Below, in pieces: positions 28,184 through 38,447 of a stretch of DNA of 64,000 nt (position 1 is its first letter; each line of letters begins with the position of its first letter). Source of the DNA: a bacterium. Its GTDB lineage: Bacteria > Patescibacteriota > Minisyncoccia > Phycocordibacterales > JAUSHB01. The position numbers and the translations under genes were made by a program. The stretch is from positions 13,556-77,555 of the forward strand of contig JAUSHB010000010.1 of assembly GCA_030648955.1 (NCBI GenBank), read 5' to 3'. Under the pieces are notes generated by a model. The model had not been told where the DNA came from and ran no database searches. It saw only the letters and a program-made list of their open reading frames with translations.

Positions 28184-28615
28184 TTATACTCTTCGGGGTT
28201 TCTTTGGCCTTGGTCCATTGTGTGGAACAGGTGTTTTGTCGCTAATCCCCGTAATATCAATCCCTTTTGAAGCAAACGCTCTAATCGATGATTCACGACC
28301 AGAACCAACACCCTTCACCACCACATCAACTTCCTTGATTCCCATGAGTACTGCTTTCTCGCCAATTAGTTCTCCAACTTTTGCAGCTGCAAACGGTGTC
28401 CCCTTTTTAGCTCCAGAAAATCCAAGCGCTCCGCATGATGAAAATATAAGCGAGTTTCCTTCTTTGTCGGTCACAAGGAGTTTAGTGTTGTTATATGTTG
28501 ATTGAACATATAAAACACCTGCCGTAACACGTTTCTTGGGTACGCGCGCCGCCGATTGAGATATTTGCCCATCTTCTTTGTCTCCTCCCTTTTTTACAAT
28601 TCGTTTTTTTCCCAT
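28184..28615 (-). CDS. rpsK: 30S ribosomal protein S11
   Basis: ...FSSCGALGFSGAKKGTPFAA ... GIKEVDVVVKGVGSGRESSIRA ... DKTPVPHNGPRPKKPRRV. Confidence 0.9.
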   Translation of the reverse strand: MGKKRIVKKGGDKEDGQISQSAARVPKKRVTAGVLYVQSTYNNTKLLVTDKEGNSLIFSSCGALGFSGAKKGTPFAAAKVGELIGEKAVLMGIKEVDVVVKGVGSGRESSIRAFASKGIDITGISDKTPVPHNGPRPKKPRRV

Positions 28616-28694
28616 GTTTATTTTATAGCTTCGTTAGCTTCTAGCTTCTTAAGCTTCGGAAGCTTTTGAAGCTCGTGAAGCTGGAACCTTGTTT

Positions 28695-29075
28695 CTATGT
28701 CTTCTCAACCTTGCGACGACCAGAACCCATGGTTTTTCTCACGTTTCCGCGAACAGTGCGAGAATTTGTCTTTGTTCTTTGTCCGCGTACCGGCAATCCG
28801 CGCATATGACGACTACCACGATAACTTTTAATGTCCTTCAATCGCTTAATATTCATAGAGATCTCGCGCTTAAGATCTCCTTCAGTCTTAAATGTTTCAA
28901 TAATCTTTCTGATCTTATTTTCATCTGCAGGAGACACCTCTTTCCCCTTTGTATCAAAACTTACCCCCGCCTCATTAAGTATTTTTTGTGCACGAGCACG
29001 TCCAATACCAAAGATTGCGCTTAATCCTATCTCTAATCTTTTATTGTCTGGTATGGTAATTCCTGAAATACGCAT
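28695..29075 (-). CDS. rpsM: 30S ribosomal protein S13
   Basis: MRISGITIPDNKRLEIGLSAIFGIGRARAQKIL. Confidence 0.9.
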   Translation of the reverse strand: MRISGITIPDNKRLEIGLSAIFGIGRARAQKILNEAGVSFDTKGKEVSPADENKIRKIIETFKTEGDLKREISMNIKRLKDIKSYRGSRHMRGLPVRGQRTKTNSRTVRGNVRKTMGSGRRKVEKT

Positions 29076-29076
29076 A

Positions 29077-29175
29077 AAATGAAGTTTTTAAAGTTTATAA
29101 AGTTAAAAGTTTATAAAGTGAATCTCTTTGTTGTTGTCTGACTTTATGAACTTTATGGACTTTATAACTTTCTAC
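29077..29175 (-). promoter_or_regulatory. AT-rich imperfect inverted-repeat structure in the rpsM leader / rpmJ-rpsM spacer
   Basis: AAGTTTATAAAGT x2 ... GACTTTATGAACTTTATGGACTTTATAACTTT. Its position matches where S4 autoregulates alpha operons (established in E. coli). Confidence 0.35.
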
Positions 29176-29179
29176 TTGG

Positions 29180-29293
29180 TTATCCTTGCTTCTGCTTGTG
29201 TTTTGGGTTAACACAAATAACATACAAAAGTCGTTTTCGTCTGACCATTTTGCATTTTACGCAGATTTTTTTTACCGATGATCTAACCTTCAT
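29180..29293 (-). CDS. rpmJ: 50S ribosomal protein L36
   Basis: Not in the ORF track because it is under 60 aa. Minus-strand translation [37 protein letters not shown] (38 aa, CxxC ... C ... H zinc ribbon), in the canonical infA-rpmJ-rpsM position. Confidence 0.75.
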   Translation of the reverse strand: MKVRSSVKKICVKCKMVRRKRLLYVICVNPKHKQKQG

Positions 29294-29358
29294 CCTATAA
29301 TGAAAACGGCATCGCTCTTAATTGACGGAGCAGATGTGCCATATTATTTTGTTATTAA

Positions 29359-29559
29359 TTATATTTCGACACAGTACTTACTCATAAAATTATGCTCTTC
29401 CTCCAATACTGTTTCCCCTGCCTGCCAGTAGATAGGACAGACGAGTACTGCGGGATTCGTAGCACATATACACAAAAATGAAACCAATGGTTTGCCATAC
29501 AAACCATCAGTAATAATTCTCAAAACCAAAACAATGGCTAAAATTCCGACTGCCTGCAC
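29359..29559 (-). CDS. hypothetical 66-aa hydrophobic protein between infA and rpmJ
   Basis: ORF only, with no recognised motif; it may be spurious. Confidence 0.25.
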   Translation of the reverse strand: MQAVGILAIVLVLRIITDGLYGKPLVSFLCICATNPAVLVCPIYWQAGETVLEEEHNFMSKYCVEI

Positions 29560-29628
29560 TACAATGCCCGGAGACGTAAAAATGCGAGTATTTTTGCACA
29601 GGAAGACCAGAGTGCGATTATATATTAT

Positions 29629-29874
29629 TTATAATCTTTTGACAACCCTTCCTTTCCCACCATAGGGGTCAAGCTTAATCATAACTTTATCGCCAATAAG
29701 AACCCGAATGCGATTAAACCGCATTTTCCCTGAAAGGTACGCGAGTATAACACTTTTATCAGGAAGCTCAACACGAAACATTGTATCCGGTAATGCCTCG
29801 GTGACAACCCCGTTAACGTGAAGGTCCTTATCGTCTTTTATATCAACCATTTTTTGATGTAAAGATATTATCAA
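29629..29874 (-). CDS. infA: translation initiation factor IF-1
   Basis: S1-like OB fold: ...GVVTEALPDTMFRVELPDKSVILAYLSGKMRFNRIRVLIGDKVMIKLDPY. Confidence 0.9.
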   Translation of the reverse strand: MIISLHQKMVDIKDDKDLHVNGVVTEALPDTMFRVELPDKSVILAYLSGKMRFNRIRVLIGDKVMIKLDPYGGKGRVVKRL

Positions 29875-30127
29875 ATATAAACAAAAGCGTCAAGGAAATA
29901 AAGCGAGTTCGGTACAGATTATCAACTAATCAATCTGCGCCAGATGTGGTTATCTAAAGCACTATCCCCCTCCCGTTTTAATAATATCCTGGCGGGGTAA
30001 TATTAAAACTATTAACAATACCTCCCCTATTTAAATAGTAGGTAGTTGTATGTCTCGCCTTTCCAGTATAAATGTTAAAATATATATACTTTATATCACC
30101 CTGGGATATCGCGATAGAAATCTACTT

Positions 30128-31564
30128 TTATTCAAGTGCTTCAACGATGGTAATGTTCTTAGGATTTTTAGGAAAATTTGTCATCCAAAATGGCTGTATA
30201 ACTGCTTCTGCTTTCCAAATTGAAGCATATTGACTAATAACATTCTTAAATCCATCTTTTTTAGAAACACCCGTAAGTTCCCCCTTAAGTTTTTCTTGGT
30301 CAACATCCCACACAATAGAAGCTTGACCCGATATCACCAGAGAAATGTCTTTTAGATTTCCTGGATCAAGAATCTCGTGTTTGGGCTCCACATCAAGTTC
30401 CTCAATATTACGAATTAGCAAAGGACTTCCGTCATATGAGTCATCTATTTTTTTGACGATAAACCCACTAAGAATGCTTCTATTGAACATAACACCGTAC
30501 AGTGAGCCTTTTACCGTGATATGAGTCGGATTTTGAGGATTTATTGCCTCAAGGTCATTAAATATTATGAATATGGTGCTATCGTAGAGGATAAAACCCT
30601 CCGGAATCTGTGCTCGCGCTTTTTTAATGAGTTCACCTCGCAATGATTCTTTTAAGCGAGCAACTGCTTTATTTTGATCCTCTTCCGAAGGGACTTTTAC
30701 CTTGCCAGAAAACCCTCCCATCAAAGGAGTCTGGGATCGAGCATAAAATTTTGTATAACGGGGATCACCCTTAAAACCAGGAATGGTAAAATCTGATGGA
30801 CCACTGTTGTATTCTTCGCCCGGAGCGTCTCCATAAACTTTCGCTTCAACGCTTCCCGGGGTGGTTTTACCTCCCGCAACAGACATTCCGGGCACTACGA
30901 TTGAGTTATCAATACGATAAATTTTTCCGCTCTTTGATTCAAACCGTGTATTTTTAATCAATCGCTGACTTGCTGTACTATATTCGTTGTAAATTTTTAT
31001 TGTTCCCGAAGCTTTTTTTGTTATCTCTTTCTCAAGTGTTGCGGGAATATCTTCCGACATTTCTTCATTGGGGAGAGGAATCTTTTGGTAAGGAACGAAC
31101 CCTTCTTCGGTTGTATTTTCTCGCGCAACAATATCCAACTCAAGGGAAACAGATTTATTAAGTGGTATTATTTTAATTGTTGCTCCAAAAAAAATAGTGG
31201 AAAATGCAACACCAAGCGTGCCAACAATGACCACTACGGCAAGAATCCAAAGTACAAAATGAGAAGATTTTTTTTTGACATTATTTGAATTGCTTATCCG
31301 TGAAGACATACCGCTGCGAGAATGCTCGAAATCAGACACGTTCGATTCTGTGTGGTACGACTTCTTTATCAAGCGAGGAAGAAAATTTTCTGGCTGACCA
31401 CTTTGTAAAATCATTGGTGGTTTCTCGACAGTATCGTGTAAATCACGTGATTGTGTTGGGGCACTATTGGACGATGCACCAGGAATCTCACCTGAAACAT
31501 TTTTGAACCCTTCTTTCATCCTCTTGGAGGGAAACACGACATCCTGAATAATTCTTCTTGCCAT
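30128..31564 (-). CDS. single-pass membrane protein with a large extracytoplasmic domain (hypothetical; possibly PilN/O- or FtsQ-like)
   Basis: Cytoplasmic N-terminus of about 120 aa, then a TM segment FVLWILAVVVIVGTLGVAFSTIFFG, then about 330 aa of beta-rich domain. Confidence 0.55.
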   Translation of the reverse strand: MARRIIQDVVFPSKRMKEGFKNVSGEIPGASSNSAPTQSRDLHDTVEKPPMILQSGQPENFLPRLIKKSYHTESNVSDFEHSRSGMSSRISNSNNVKKKSSHFVLWILAVVVIVGTLGVAFSTIFFGATIKIIPLNKSVSLELDIVARENTTEEGFVPYQKIPLPNEEMSEDIPATLEKEITKKASGTIKIYNEYSTASQRLIKNTRFESKSGKIYRIDNSIVVPGMSVAGGKTTPGSVEAKVYGDAPGEEYNSGPSDFTIPGFKGDPRYTKFYARSQTPLMGGFSGKVKVPSEEDQNKAVARLKESLRGELIKKARAQIPEGFILYDSTIFIIFNDLEAINPQNPTHITVKGSLYGVMFNRSILSGFIVKKIDDSYDGSPLLIRNIEELDVEPKHEILDPGNLKDISLVISGQASIVWDVDQEKLKGELTGVSKKDGFKNVISQYASIWKAEAVIQPFWMTNFPKNPKNITIVEALE

Positions 31565-31596
31565 AAATTTCTTAGTATTGTATCAAATAAAAAAAA

Positions 31597-32787
31597 TTAT
31601 ATATGTCCGAGCTCGACAATACGATCAGCAAACAATGCTTCAACAACAATGAACGGGTCTTTTTCGGTCTGCGGACTGAAAATGGAGAATTTTCCCATGG
31701 TTGCATTATCGAGCAACGTGACTTCAAATGGTGATCCTGTTCCGGTAAATTCTCCTAGACTTGGGGATGTGAGACAATCAAAAAACCATGGAGCAACATC
31801 AGCGTCCGAAGTGAAGAAAACTGTATTCGGAAGTGAAATATCATCAGAAAGACTTCGGAGTCCCTCTTTGAGCGAATAGGTCCATTCCCCCTTTGATTCA
31901 TTAAGAATTTTTTGAATCTTTACCTTAGTACTATCGTTCGTCTTCCCTTCACGATACATGGTGTAGAGTGAGGCAACTTCTTCCGGTATCGTATTTAATC
32001 CACTTGATAGTCGTCGTAGTAAATAATTCTTCCCCAAGGGAAATGACGCCGTCTCGAGAAGAACATTGCTTTTCACCAATGATATGTCCGCAACTTCGCC
32101 ACTGATATCCATAAATAAGAAGTCGCTCTTGTGTGAGAAAATATCGCGTATCGTGCTAAATGCGGTAAGTGAAAATGAACTAAATTTAATATTTCGTGAA
32201 CCAAAAATTTTAGATACGCGAGATTTCACTGAACTCAATACTCTTTTGGGGACCATGCTGATGTAGAGTGATATCTCAAGATTTTTTGCACGCATGCCGT
32301 ACGGATTATCTGTAACATATCCATTCAACTTCATTTGAATGGTATGCGTTTCCATAATTTCTACTTCTTCCTCCCCCATACGTTTATACTTGCCAATATT
32401 GTGTGCCTTAAAACTTTCGATTTCACTCTCAACAAGATCATCAATACCATGTCTACTTACTGCAAATTCTTTACCTTGTTTCATCTTTATCACACGAGTC
32501 TGAGATACATACCATGGAGATGAAAAAACGCATAAAAAACTTCGTGGATTTTGCATTCCTGACTTCTGCATCCTTACCAACACCTTTTCAAGCGTCTCGA
32601 GCATAGAAGAAAGAAATCTCCCGAAATTAAGATCACTTTGAAATACCATACTTTCCCGAGCACTCCAAAGTATTTTTGGGGTAGAACCAGCCTCAAAGGA
32701 AATAAGCGCTCCACCAATACTCGCTGAACCAATATCAAAGACTGCAATGGTAGTCTTTTTGTCGGATTTTTTTAAAAAAGAGAACAT
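31597..32787 (-). CDS. actin-like ATPase (ASKHA fold; FtsA/PilM-like)
   Basis: Phosphate-1 motif IAVFDIGSASIGGAL and phosphate-2 motif FLFMDISGEVADISLV. It lies upstream of the membrane protein at 30128. Confidence 0.45.
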   Translation of the reverse strand: MFSFLKKSDKKTTIAVFDIGSASIGGALISFEAGSTPKILWSARESMVFQSDLNFGRFLSSMLETLEKVLVRMQKSGMQNPRSFLCVFSSPWYVSQTRVIKMKQGKEFAVSRHGIDDLVESEIESFKAHNIGKYKRMGEEEVEIMETHTIQMKLNGYVTDNPYGMRAKNLEISLYISMVPKRVLSSVKSRVSKIFGSRNIKFSSFSLTAFSTIRDIFSHKSDFLFMDISGEVADISLVKSNVLLETASFPLGKNYLLRRLSSGLNTIPEEVASLYTMYREGKTNDSTKVKIQKILNESKGEWTYSLKEGLRSLSDDISLPNTVFFTSDADVAPWFFDCLTSPSLGEFTGTGSPFEVTLLDNATMGKFSIFSPQTEKDPFIVVEALFADRIVELGHI

Positions 32788-32893
32788 ACATGTTCAGTAT
32801 AGCACAATAGAAAATAAGCTATGTGGAAAATTGAATCGTTAGAGCACTGAAACGTCTAGCCATAACAACCGTGGTGAATTTCCATAGGAAACA

Positions 32894-34720
32894 TTATTCC
32901 ACAACTGCCTTAATGCGCCTTACTCCAGCCGCAACCGCCTCTTCTTTTATTATTTTAAATTTACCGATTTCTTGTGTGTTTCCTACGTGAGGACCCCCGC
33001 ATAATTCGCGAGAATAGACCACGCCATCAGACGCTTTAACCACATACACATTGACCGTATTCGGATACTTTTCCCAAAAACTTCCCTCAACGCCCACTTT
33101 TTGTGCTTCATCTTTTGGCATCTGTTCAATGACCACCGTGCATTCCTTAATAATCGCTTCGTTAACATAGTCTTCCACTTTTTTGAGAATCTCTGGAGAT
33201 ACTTTTTCCGGATGAGTAAAATCAAAACGCGTGCGTTCTTGGGTGATATTGGAACCTGCTTGATGCACATGGTTACCCAAATATTTACGCAACCCTGCGA
33301 GCATCAAATGTGTGGAAGTGTGAAGCATGGTGGTTTTCTCGCCTGTGTCAGCGAGTCCTCCTTTGAATTTTTGTTCTGCACCAGCGCGAGAGAGGTCTTG
33401 GTGTTTTATTAATATTTCAGCATATTTTTCCTCGAACCTATCTTCTAAACTCATTTTCTTCTCTTGCACAATCTCTTTAGTCATTTCAACAGGAAAACCG
33501 TAAGTTTGGAAAAGATCGAACGCCTTTTTTGCAGATAATTGATTACTCGAAATAACCTCACCATCACCAAGGTTACGCACCTTTTCAAAACGGATGAGTC
33601 CTAATCCAAGCGTCTTTCTAAACTTATCCTCTTCAGCCCTAATCTCAGTTGCAATATGTTCTGCTTTTTGAGTGATGTTGTTGTATACCCCTTTATATTT
33701 TTGAGCAACAGTCGGCACAAATTGAGAAAGCATATTGTGTGAAATGCCAAGCACGTCTGCGTAACGCACTGCGCGGCGAAGAAGGCGGCGTAAAATATAT
33801 CCTTGATCAGTATTGGACGGAACTACCCCATCAGCAATCATAAAGACTGCTGTTCGAATATGGTCTGCGATGATACGTGCCGCACGTTCGTCGTATTCCC
33901 CCGCAGAAGATCGGATTTGTTTCATAAGCGGAGCAAATAAATCCGTATCAAACACATTATTCGTCTCCTGCATCACCATCGTAAGCCGCTCAAGTCCCGC
34001 GCCCGTATCAACATTTTTATTTTTAAGCTTTCCAATCACTTTGCCATCCTTTTTTTCATATTCCATAAACACGTCATTCCAAATTTCAACCACATCTTGC
34101 CGCTCATCAGCTACCAAATATTCTTCTTTACTCATTCCTTTATCAATTTTACCTGTTACATCGTAGAACATCTCCGTATCGGGACCGCATGGGCCATTGT
34201 CTCCCGCGCTCCACCAATTTTTACTTGCAGGCAAGAAATAGATTCTTTCGCCTTTGATGCCCTTCTCTTCAAAAATCTTTTTCCAAATTTCCGCTGATTC
34301 ATTGTCGCGCGGCGCATCATCATTTCCCTCAAACACAGTCACGTAGAGCCGATTTGGATCAAGCCCGAGCCCCTCTTCTTTTGACGTAAGAAATTCATAG
34401 CTCCACTTGATTGCATCCTCTTTAAAGTAGCCCCCGAGCGACCAATTGCCAAGCATTTCAAAAAACGTGTCGTGAGTGTTGTCCCCTACTTCATCTATAT
34501 CCTGCGTACGAACGCATTTTTGAGCATTTACGAGACGTTTCCCTGCCGGGTGTGGCGCGCCAAGAAGATACGGTACGAGCGGTTGCATGCCCGCAGTCGT
34601 AAAAAGCACCGAGGGGTCGTTCTCGGGCACAAGAGAAGCCGAGGGGATGATTGCATGCCCTCGTTTTTCAAAAAATTTGAGGAATTTTCCCCTAATCTCT
34701 TTTGAGTCCATAATACCCAT
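32894..34720 (-). CDS. alaS: alanine--tRNA ligase (short form: catalytic + tRNA-recognition + editing domains, no C-Ala domain)
   Basis: FLKFFEKRGHAIIPSASLVPENDPSVLFTTAGMQPLVPY; editing-site HTSTHLM and CGGPHV. Confidence 0.9.
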   Translation of the reverse strand: MGIMDSKEIRGKFLKFFEKRGHAIIPSASLVPENDPSVLFTTAGMQPLVPYLLGAPHPAGKRLVNAQKCVRTQDIDEVGDNTHDTFFEMLGNWSLGGYFKEDAIKWSYEFLTSKEEGLGLDPNRLYVTVFEGNDDAPRDNESAEIWKKIFEEKGIKGERIYFLPASKNWWSAGDNGPCGPDTEMFYDVTGKIDKGMSKEEYLVADERQDVVEIWNDVFMEYEKKDGKVIGKLKNKNVDTGAGLERLTMVMQETNNVFDTDLFAPLMKQIRSSAGEYDERAARIIADHIRTAVFMIADGVVPSNTDQGYILRRLLRRAVRYADVLGISHNMLSQFVPTVAQKYKGVYNNITQKAEHIATEIRAEEDKFRKTLGLGLIRFEKVRNLGDGEVISSNQLSAKKAFDLFQTYGFPVEMTKEIVQEKKMSLEDRFEEKYAEILIKHQDLSRAGAEQKFKGGLADTGEKTTMLHTSTHLMLAGLRKYLGNHVHQAGSNITQERTRFDFTHPEKVSPEILKKVEDYVNEAIIKECTVVIEQMPKDEAQKVGVEGSFWEKYPNTVNVYVVKASDGVVYSRELCGGPHVGNTQEIGKFKIIKEEAVAAGVRRIKAVVE

Positions 34721-34777
34721 TACTATAGCAGAAAGTTGCCAGCAAAAGAACGATACGCCCTATCGTAAGCCATATTA

Positions 34778-36577
34778 TTAGGATTGTGGCACCGCAAGCG
34801 CGCGGGAAATTTCATCATCGCTCCATCCGGCATCCTTAAGCGCCTTCTCGATTGCTTGAAATGTAAGCCCCGCCTCTCGTGCTTGTTTAATGTAATCGAG
34901 AAGCGACTTGTTTGGTGGCTTTAGTTCTCCATGATTGAGAGTTTTACTCTCAATGTTGTTTACATTACTTACTTGACTAATACCAGAAGCAGTGTCGGGC
35001 ATACCTCCTTCTTCGGTAGTTTCTTTTTCAGCACGTAGATTTTTTAATGTACCTACTTGTTCTACTGCAGTGGCGAATGGACTTTGTGGGGAAACTGCTT
35101 CGCTTGTTGTGTTTTGATGCCCTATCACGTGTTTAAGATGGTCCACGTCTAGGTGATCTTTTTTAAAATGCTTAAAAAGAATTGCGATGCCGATACCAAG
35201 ACCGATGAGAAGAAAGATGCCTGAAGCTACGAGTGCCCATGCAAGCATCCCCATCGAACGAATCTTATTCATAAACTCATCCCACTTTGAATCAATTGAA
35301 ACCCCCGAAGCAATAAGGGCATTGCACTGTTCAATATACGGTTCGACGTATTTTTCAACGCCAAATTTCTCGTTGACACTTTTTGCAAGTTCAAATTCAT
35401 CGATAGCCAATTTGCAGTGATTGTCGTGAAGAAGAATCAATCCGGATTTTAGATGCCCGCCATAGTTACCCTCATCGTTGATAATAAATGAATTGGAAAG
35501 AATTGCCTTTGCAATATCTGCAGGAACGGCAAATGCAAAATTATCGCCCGCCTGTTCCGTTGACACAACAGACAGACCATTTGATTGACTTTGAGAGCTT
35601 GTTTGCATGGTGACAAGCCCGGCTACTTGTCCATCAGTGTCAAACAAGGGTCCCCCGCTGGAACCAGTAGAAATTTTTGCGTCGGTTTGGAATATTTTAA
35701 AATCAGTATTTTGTGAATTTTTAAATGCACTGACTACTCCTTTTGTGAACATTGATTCGAGTAGATTGTTGCCATTCAACTCGGCATTTGAAGGAAAGCT
35801 AAATACATATACCGGACTTCCTATTGATAACTTATTCCCCCCTCCCAATCGAAGCGACGGAAGATTTTTTTCTAATATTTTTAATACGGCGACATCCTTA
35901 TCGTCTTTATACCAATTGTCATTCACACTCATAATCTCGACAGGAAATCCTGTTTCAGTAAGTTTTTTAAGCGTAACTTCTTTTGAAGTCGGATCAAGAA
36001 CAACAATCTTTTTTGTGAGATTAAAGGTGCTCTGTTCCACTACATAATCAAGGATCTGGCGCCCAAAGGCTACCCCCTCTTCTTTTGTTCTGCTACTATT
36101 CATTTTTGTAGCCTCGACATCACTGAGAGAAGATAGCTCCCCAGCAAGAAGAAGGTTAATAATGGGCTCCACAACTTGAATCTTTGCTGTGGCATCAGAA
36201 ACCACATGTGAATTCGTGAGGATATATCCATCCGGATTAACGACAAAACCGCTCCCCGCAAAATCAAGATTGACGGGCATCTTAAGTGGTTTTTCCCCGG
36301 GAATTGAACGCACGGTAAAATCTTTCAGATTGATTTTGAACGGTGCGATTGAAACATCGCCTTCAACGTGTACAACGATGCGTACGACTGCTGGCTTTAC
36401 CATACTCACCAATTCTTCTTCGGAAAGCTTTAATGGTGAAGCATCGAGTGATGTATCAAGAGTGCTTGCGAGTTGGCCTTGTGAAATGTCCCCCTGTTGA
36501 TAGATCTCCAATACGGAGGCGGATGAAACACCGAACAAGACAAAGAAAATGAGAAGGTAGAAATACTGTTTACGCAT
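34778..36577 (-). CDS. trypsin-like serine protease (S1C/HtrA-like) with signal peptide, a TM segment and a C-terminal domain
   Basis: TNSHVV (His), the D site, GSSGGPLF (Ser); a late TM segment WALVASGIFLLIGLGIGIAILF. Confidence 0.7.
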   Translation of the reverse strand: MRKQYFYLLIFFVLFGVSSASVLEIYQQGDISQGQLASTLDTSLDASPLKLSEEELVSMVKPAVVRIVVHVEGDVSIAPFKINLKDFTVRSIPGEKPLKMPVNLDFAGSGFVVNPDGYILTNSHVVSDATAKIQVVEPIINLLLAGELSSLSDVEATKMNSSRTKEEGVAFGRQILDYVVEQSTFNLTKKIVVLDPTSKEVTLKKLTETGFPVEIMSVNDNWYKDDKDVAVLKILEKNLPSLRLGGGNKLSIGSPVYVFSFPSNAELNGNNLLESMFTKGVVSAFKNSQNTDFKIFQTDAKISTGSSGGPLFDTDGQVAGLVTMQTSSQSQSNGLSVVSTEQAGDNFAFAVPADIAKAILSNSFIINDEGNYGGHLKSGLILLHDNHCKLAIDEFELAKSVNEKFGVEKYVEPYIEQCNALIASGVSIDSKWDEFMNKIRSMGMLAWALVASGIFLLIGLGIGIAILFKHFKKDHLDVDHLKHVIGHQNTTSEAVSPQSPFATAVEQVGTLKNLRAEKETTEEGGMPDTASGISQVSNVNNIESKTLNHGELKPPNKSLLDYIKQAREAGLTFQAIEKALKDAGWSDDEISRALAVPQS

Positions 36578-36642
36578 GCGTTATAGTATATATTAAATTT
36601 AAAACTCCGTAAAAGTTATAAAAACACCCGGTGCGCAAGATG

Positions 36643-36930
36643 TTAGTTACCATGTTTTTCTGCAACAATGTATCGACATCCTTCGCTTCCCATTTTGACA
36701 GAATGGACCGTTCCCGCAATCACGTCTATGCGATCGCCACGTTTTAAAATTCGGCCCGTGTGTTCAGAAATAACTTTCATTTCTCCTTCTAATACAATGT
36801 GTGCGGAAGTAAATACATGTGAGTGATCGCGATATTCAGCGTTGGGACCATCGTGCCAAAGATAGATGTTTTCAAATCCTTCATCAAGAAGTTTTCTTCT
36901 CCATTGTTCTTCTATTGATGGTTCGTGCAT
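36643..36930 (-). CDS. cupin-domain protein
   Basis: 95 aa with His-rich cupin-like motifs HDGPNAEYRDHSH ... GTVHS. Confidence 0.45.
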   Translation of the reverse strand: MHEPSIEEQWRRKLLDEGFENIYLWHDGPNAEYRDHSHVFTSAHIVLEGEMKVISEHTGRILKRGDRIDVIAGTVHSVKMGSEGCRYIVAEKHGN

Positions 36931-37097
36931 ATAAACAATAGTTATATATTAGAATCTCCATTATCAATTGCAAGATGTTCCTGGTGTTTCTTTTTTCTTC
37001 GGTGAAGTGCCAGAGATCGCCCAAGTAAAATACCAGCGGCAAGAGATAACAATAAAATAAAATATTCAAAGAAGGTGTCCATGTATGTGTAAAATAA

Positions 37098-37601
37098 TTA
37101 TTCGTTGTGGTGTTTGTTTTCCTGATTCGATCCACTATACAGCCCCTTAAACGTTCCCTGTTCAATATACCGCTCTTCAACAAACCACATTACCGTAAAA
37201 ATAAAGAGAGTGATGAGGGTCGCGATAAGCGCAAGAAGAAAAAGACCGAAACCAGACGCCATGCCGATTCCCGCAGCAACCCACAACCCCGCGGCAGTAG
37301 TAAGACCACTTAGGTGAGATTCTTTGAAGACAATGAGTCCTGCACCAAGAAAACCTATCCCTACAACGATTTGTGATGCCATACGAAGTGGATCAAATGA
37401 CACTTGCCCAAGATACCAACCGGAAACGATCAAAGAAATAATTACAAATAATGCCGCACCGATGGAAACGAGTGCATACGTTCGCACGCCGGCGGTCTTT
37501 CCCGCAACAGCGCGCTCAATACCAAGCAAAACCCCAAGAACCATCGCAATAAGAAGACGCGCAATGAGATCTATGTTTGAAATGAGAATGTGTTGATCCA
37601 T
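37098..37601 (-). CDS. MgtC/SapB family membrane protein
   Basis: LIAMVLGVLLGIERAVAGKTAGVRTYALVSIGAALFVI. Confidence 0.75.
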   Translation of the reverse strand: MDQHILISNIDLIARLLIAMVLGVLLGIERAVAGKTAGVRTYALVSIGAALFVIISLIVSGWYLGQVSFDPLRMASQIVVGIGFLGAGLIVFKESHLSGLTTAAGLWVAAGIGMASGFGLFLLALIATLITLFIFTVMWFVEERYIEQGTFKGLYSGSNQENKHHNE

Positions 37602-37604
37602 GAT

Positions 37605-37740
37605 GATAATTCAAAATGTAAATATCAAAATGTAAAATTACAGTTTAAAATTTAAAGACAAGGAAGGATTGTGCTGTTTTTCTTTTTGAATTTTCATTTG
37701 TGATTTTAAACTTTGATTTTTTAATTTGTTGTAACAGAAT
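37605..37740. repeat. AT-rich palindromic element (family copy ii) upstream of the MgtC gene
   Basis: CAAAATGTAAAT direct repeats on one arm, and the reverse complement of AAAAAATCAAAGTTTAAAATC at 37703-37721 on the other arm. Confidence 0.5.
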
Positions 37741-37818
37741 TCCATTCCTTTAATTAATAGTACTAGAAAGGATGGGGACGTGCAAATAAGGGGGGTGTGG
37801 TGAGTATCGCCACACGAG

Positions 37819-38439
37819 TTATTTAAGCACCTTCTGCAATATAGGATAAATACGATCTGCAATAATGGCATACCCGGAATTATTTGGATGCACAGAATCA
37901 CTCATATAGTTAGTATTCCCCAGTAATCCCTTGAGCACATTGGGGACATACGCACTGCCTGTTTTTTCCGCAAGCGACTGCAAGTCAGATTCATATCCAT
38001 CAGTAATCAGTCCGCCACGCACACCAAGGAGAATGACCACGGCACCCGCATCTTGTATGGTGATAATTATTTGTTCAAGATTCTTAAGTGTTTCTGTTTT
38101 GGGAACACGCCTGAGAAAATCATTTCCTCCCAAAAGCACCATGACCACCTTGGGATTTTTTGAAAGTACACTCTCAATGCGCGTTAATGCCATTGCAGTC
38201 GTATCGCCTGCATATCCAAAATTTTCAATTGGCGTATTGATGCGTTCTGAAAGAAGCGACACGAAATCATTCCCTTCTGTGGATCCCACACCGCGCGCGA
38301 GACTATCTCCAAAAACAATGACTGCTTCACCCGACGATGGATAGTTTTTTATATCGTAACCCCTGTTCATTCCAAACCAAAGCGCGACTGCAATAAATAT
38401 GAGAACAACTGCAACGCCTGTAATTTTTGAGTATTTCAT
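37819..38439 (-). CDS. SGNH/GDSL hydrolase
   Basis: Block I VIVFGDSLARG, block III GGNDF, block V DSVHPN; N-terminal TM anchor. Confidence 0.75.
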   Translation of the reverse strand: MKYSKITGVAVVLIFIAVALWFGMNRGYDIKNYPSSGEAVIVFGDSLARGVGSTEGNDFVSLLSERINTPIENFGYAGDTTAMALTRIESVLSKNPKVVMVLLGGNDFLRRVPKTETLKNLEQIIITIQDAGAVVILLGVRGGLITDGYESDLQSLAEKTGSAYVPNVLKGLLGNTNYMSDSVHPNNSGYAIIADRIYPILQKVLK

Positions 38440-38447
38440 GGAAACAC

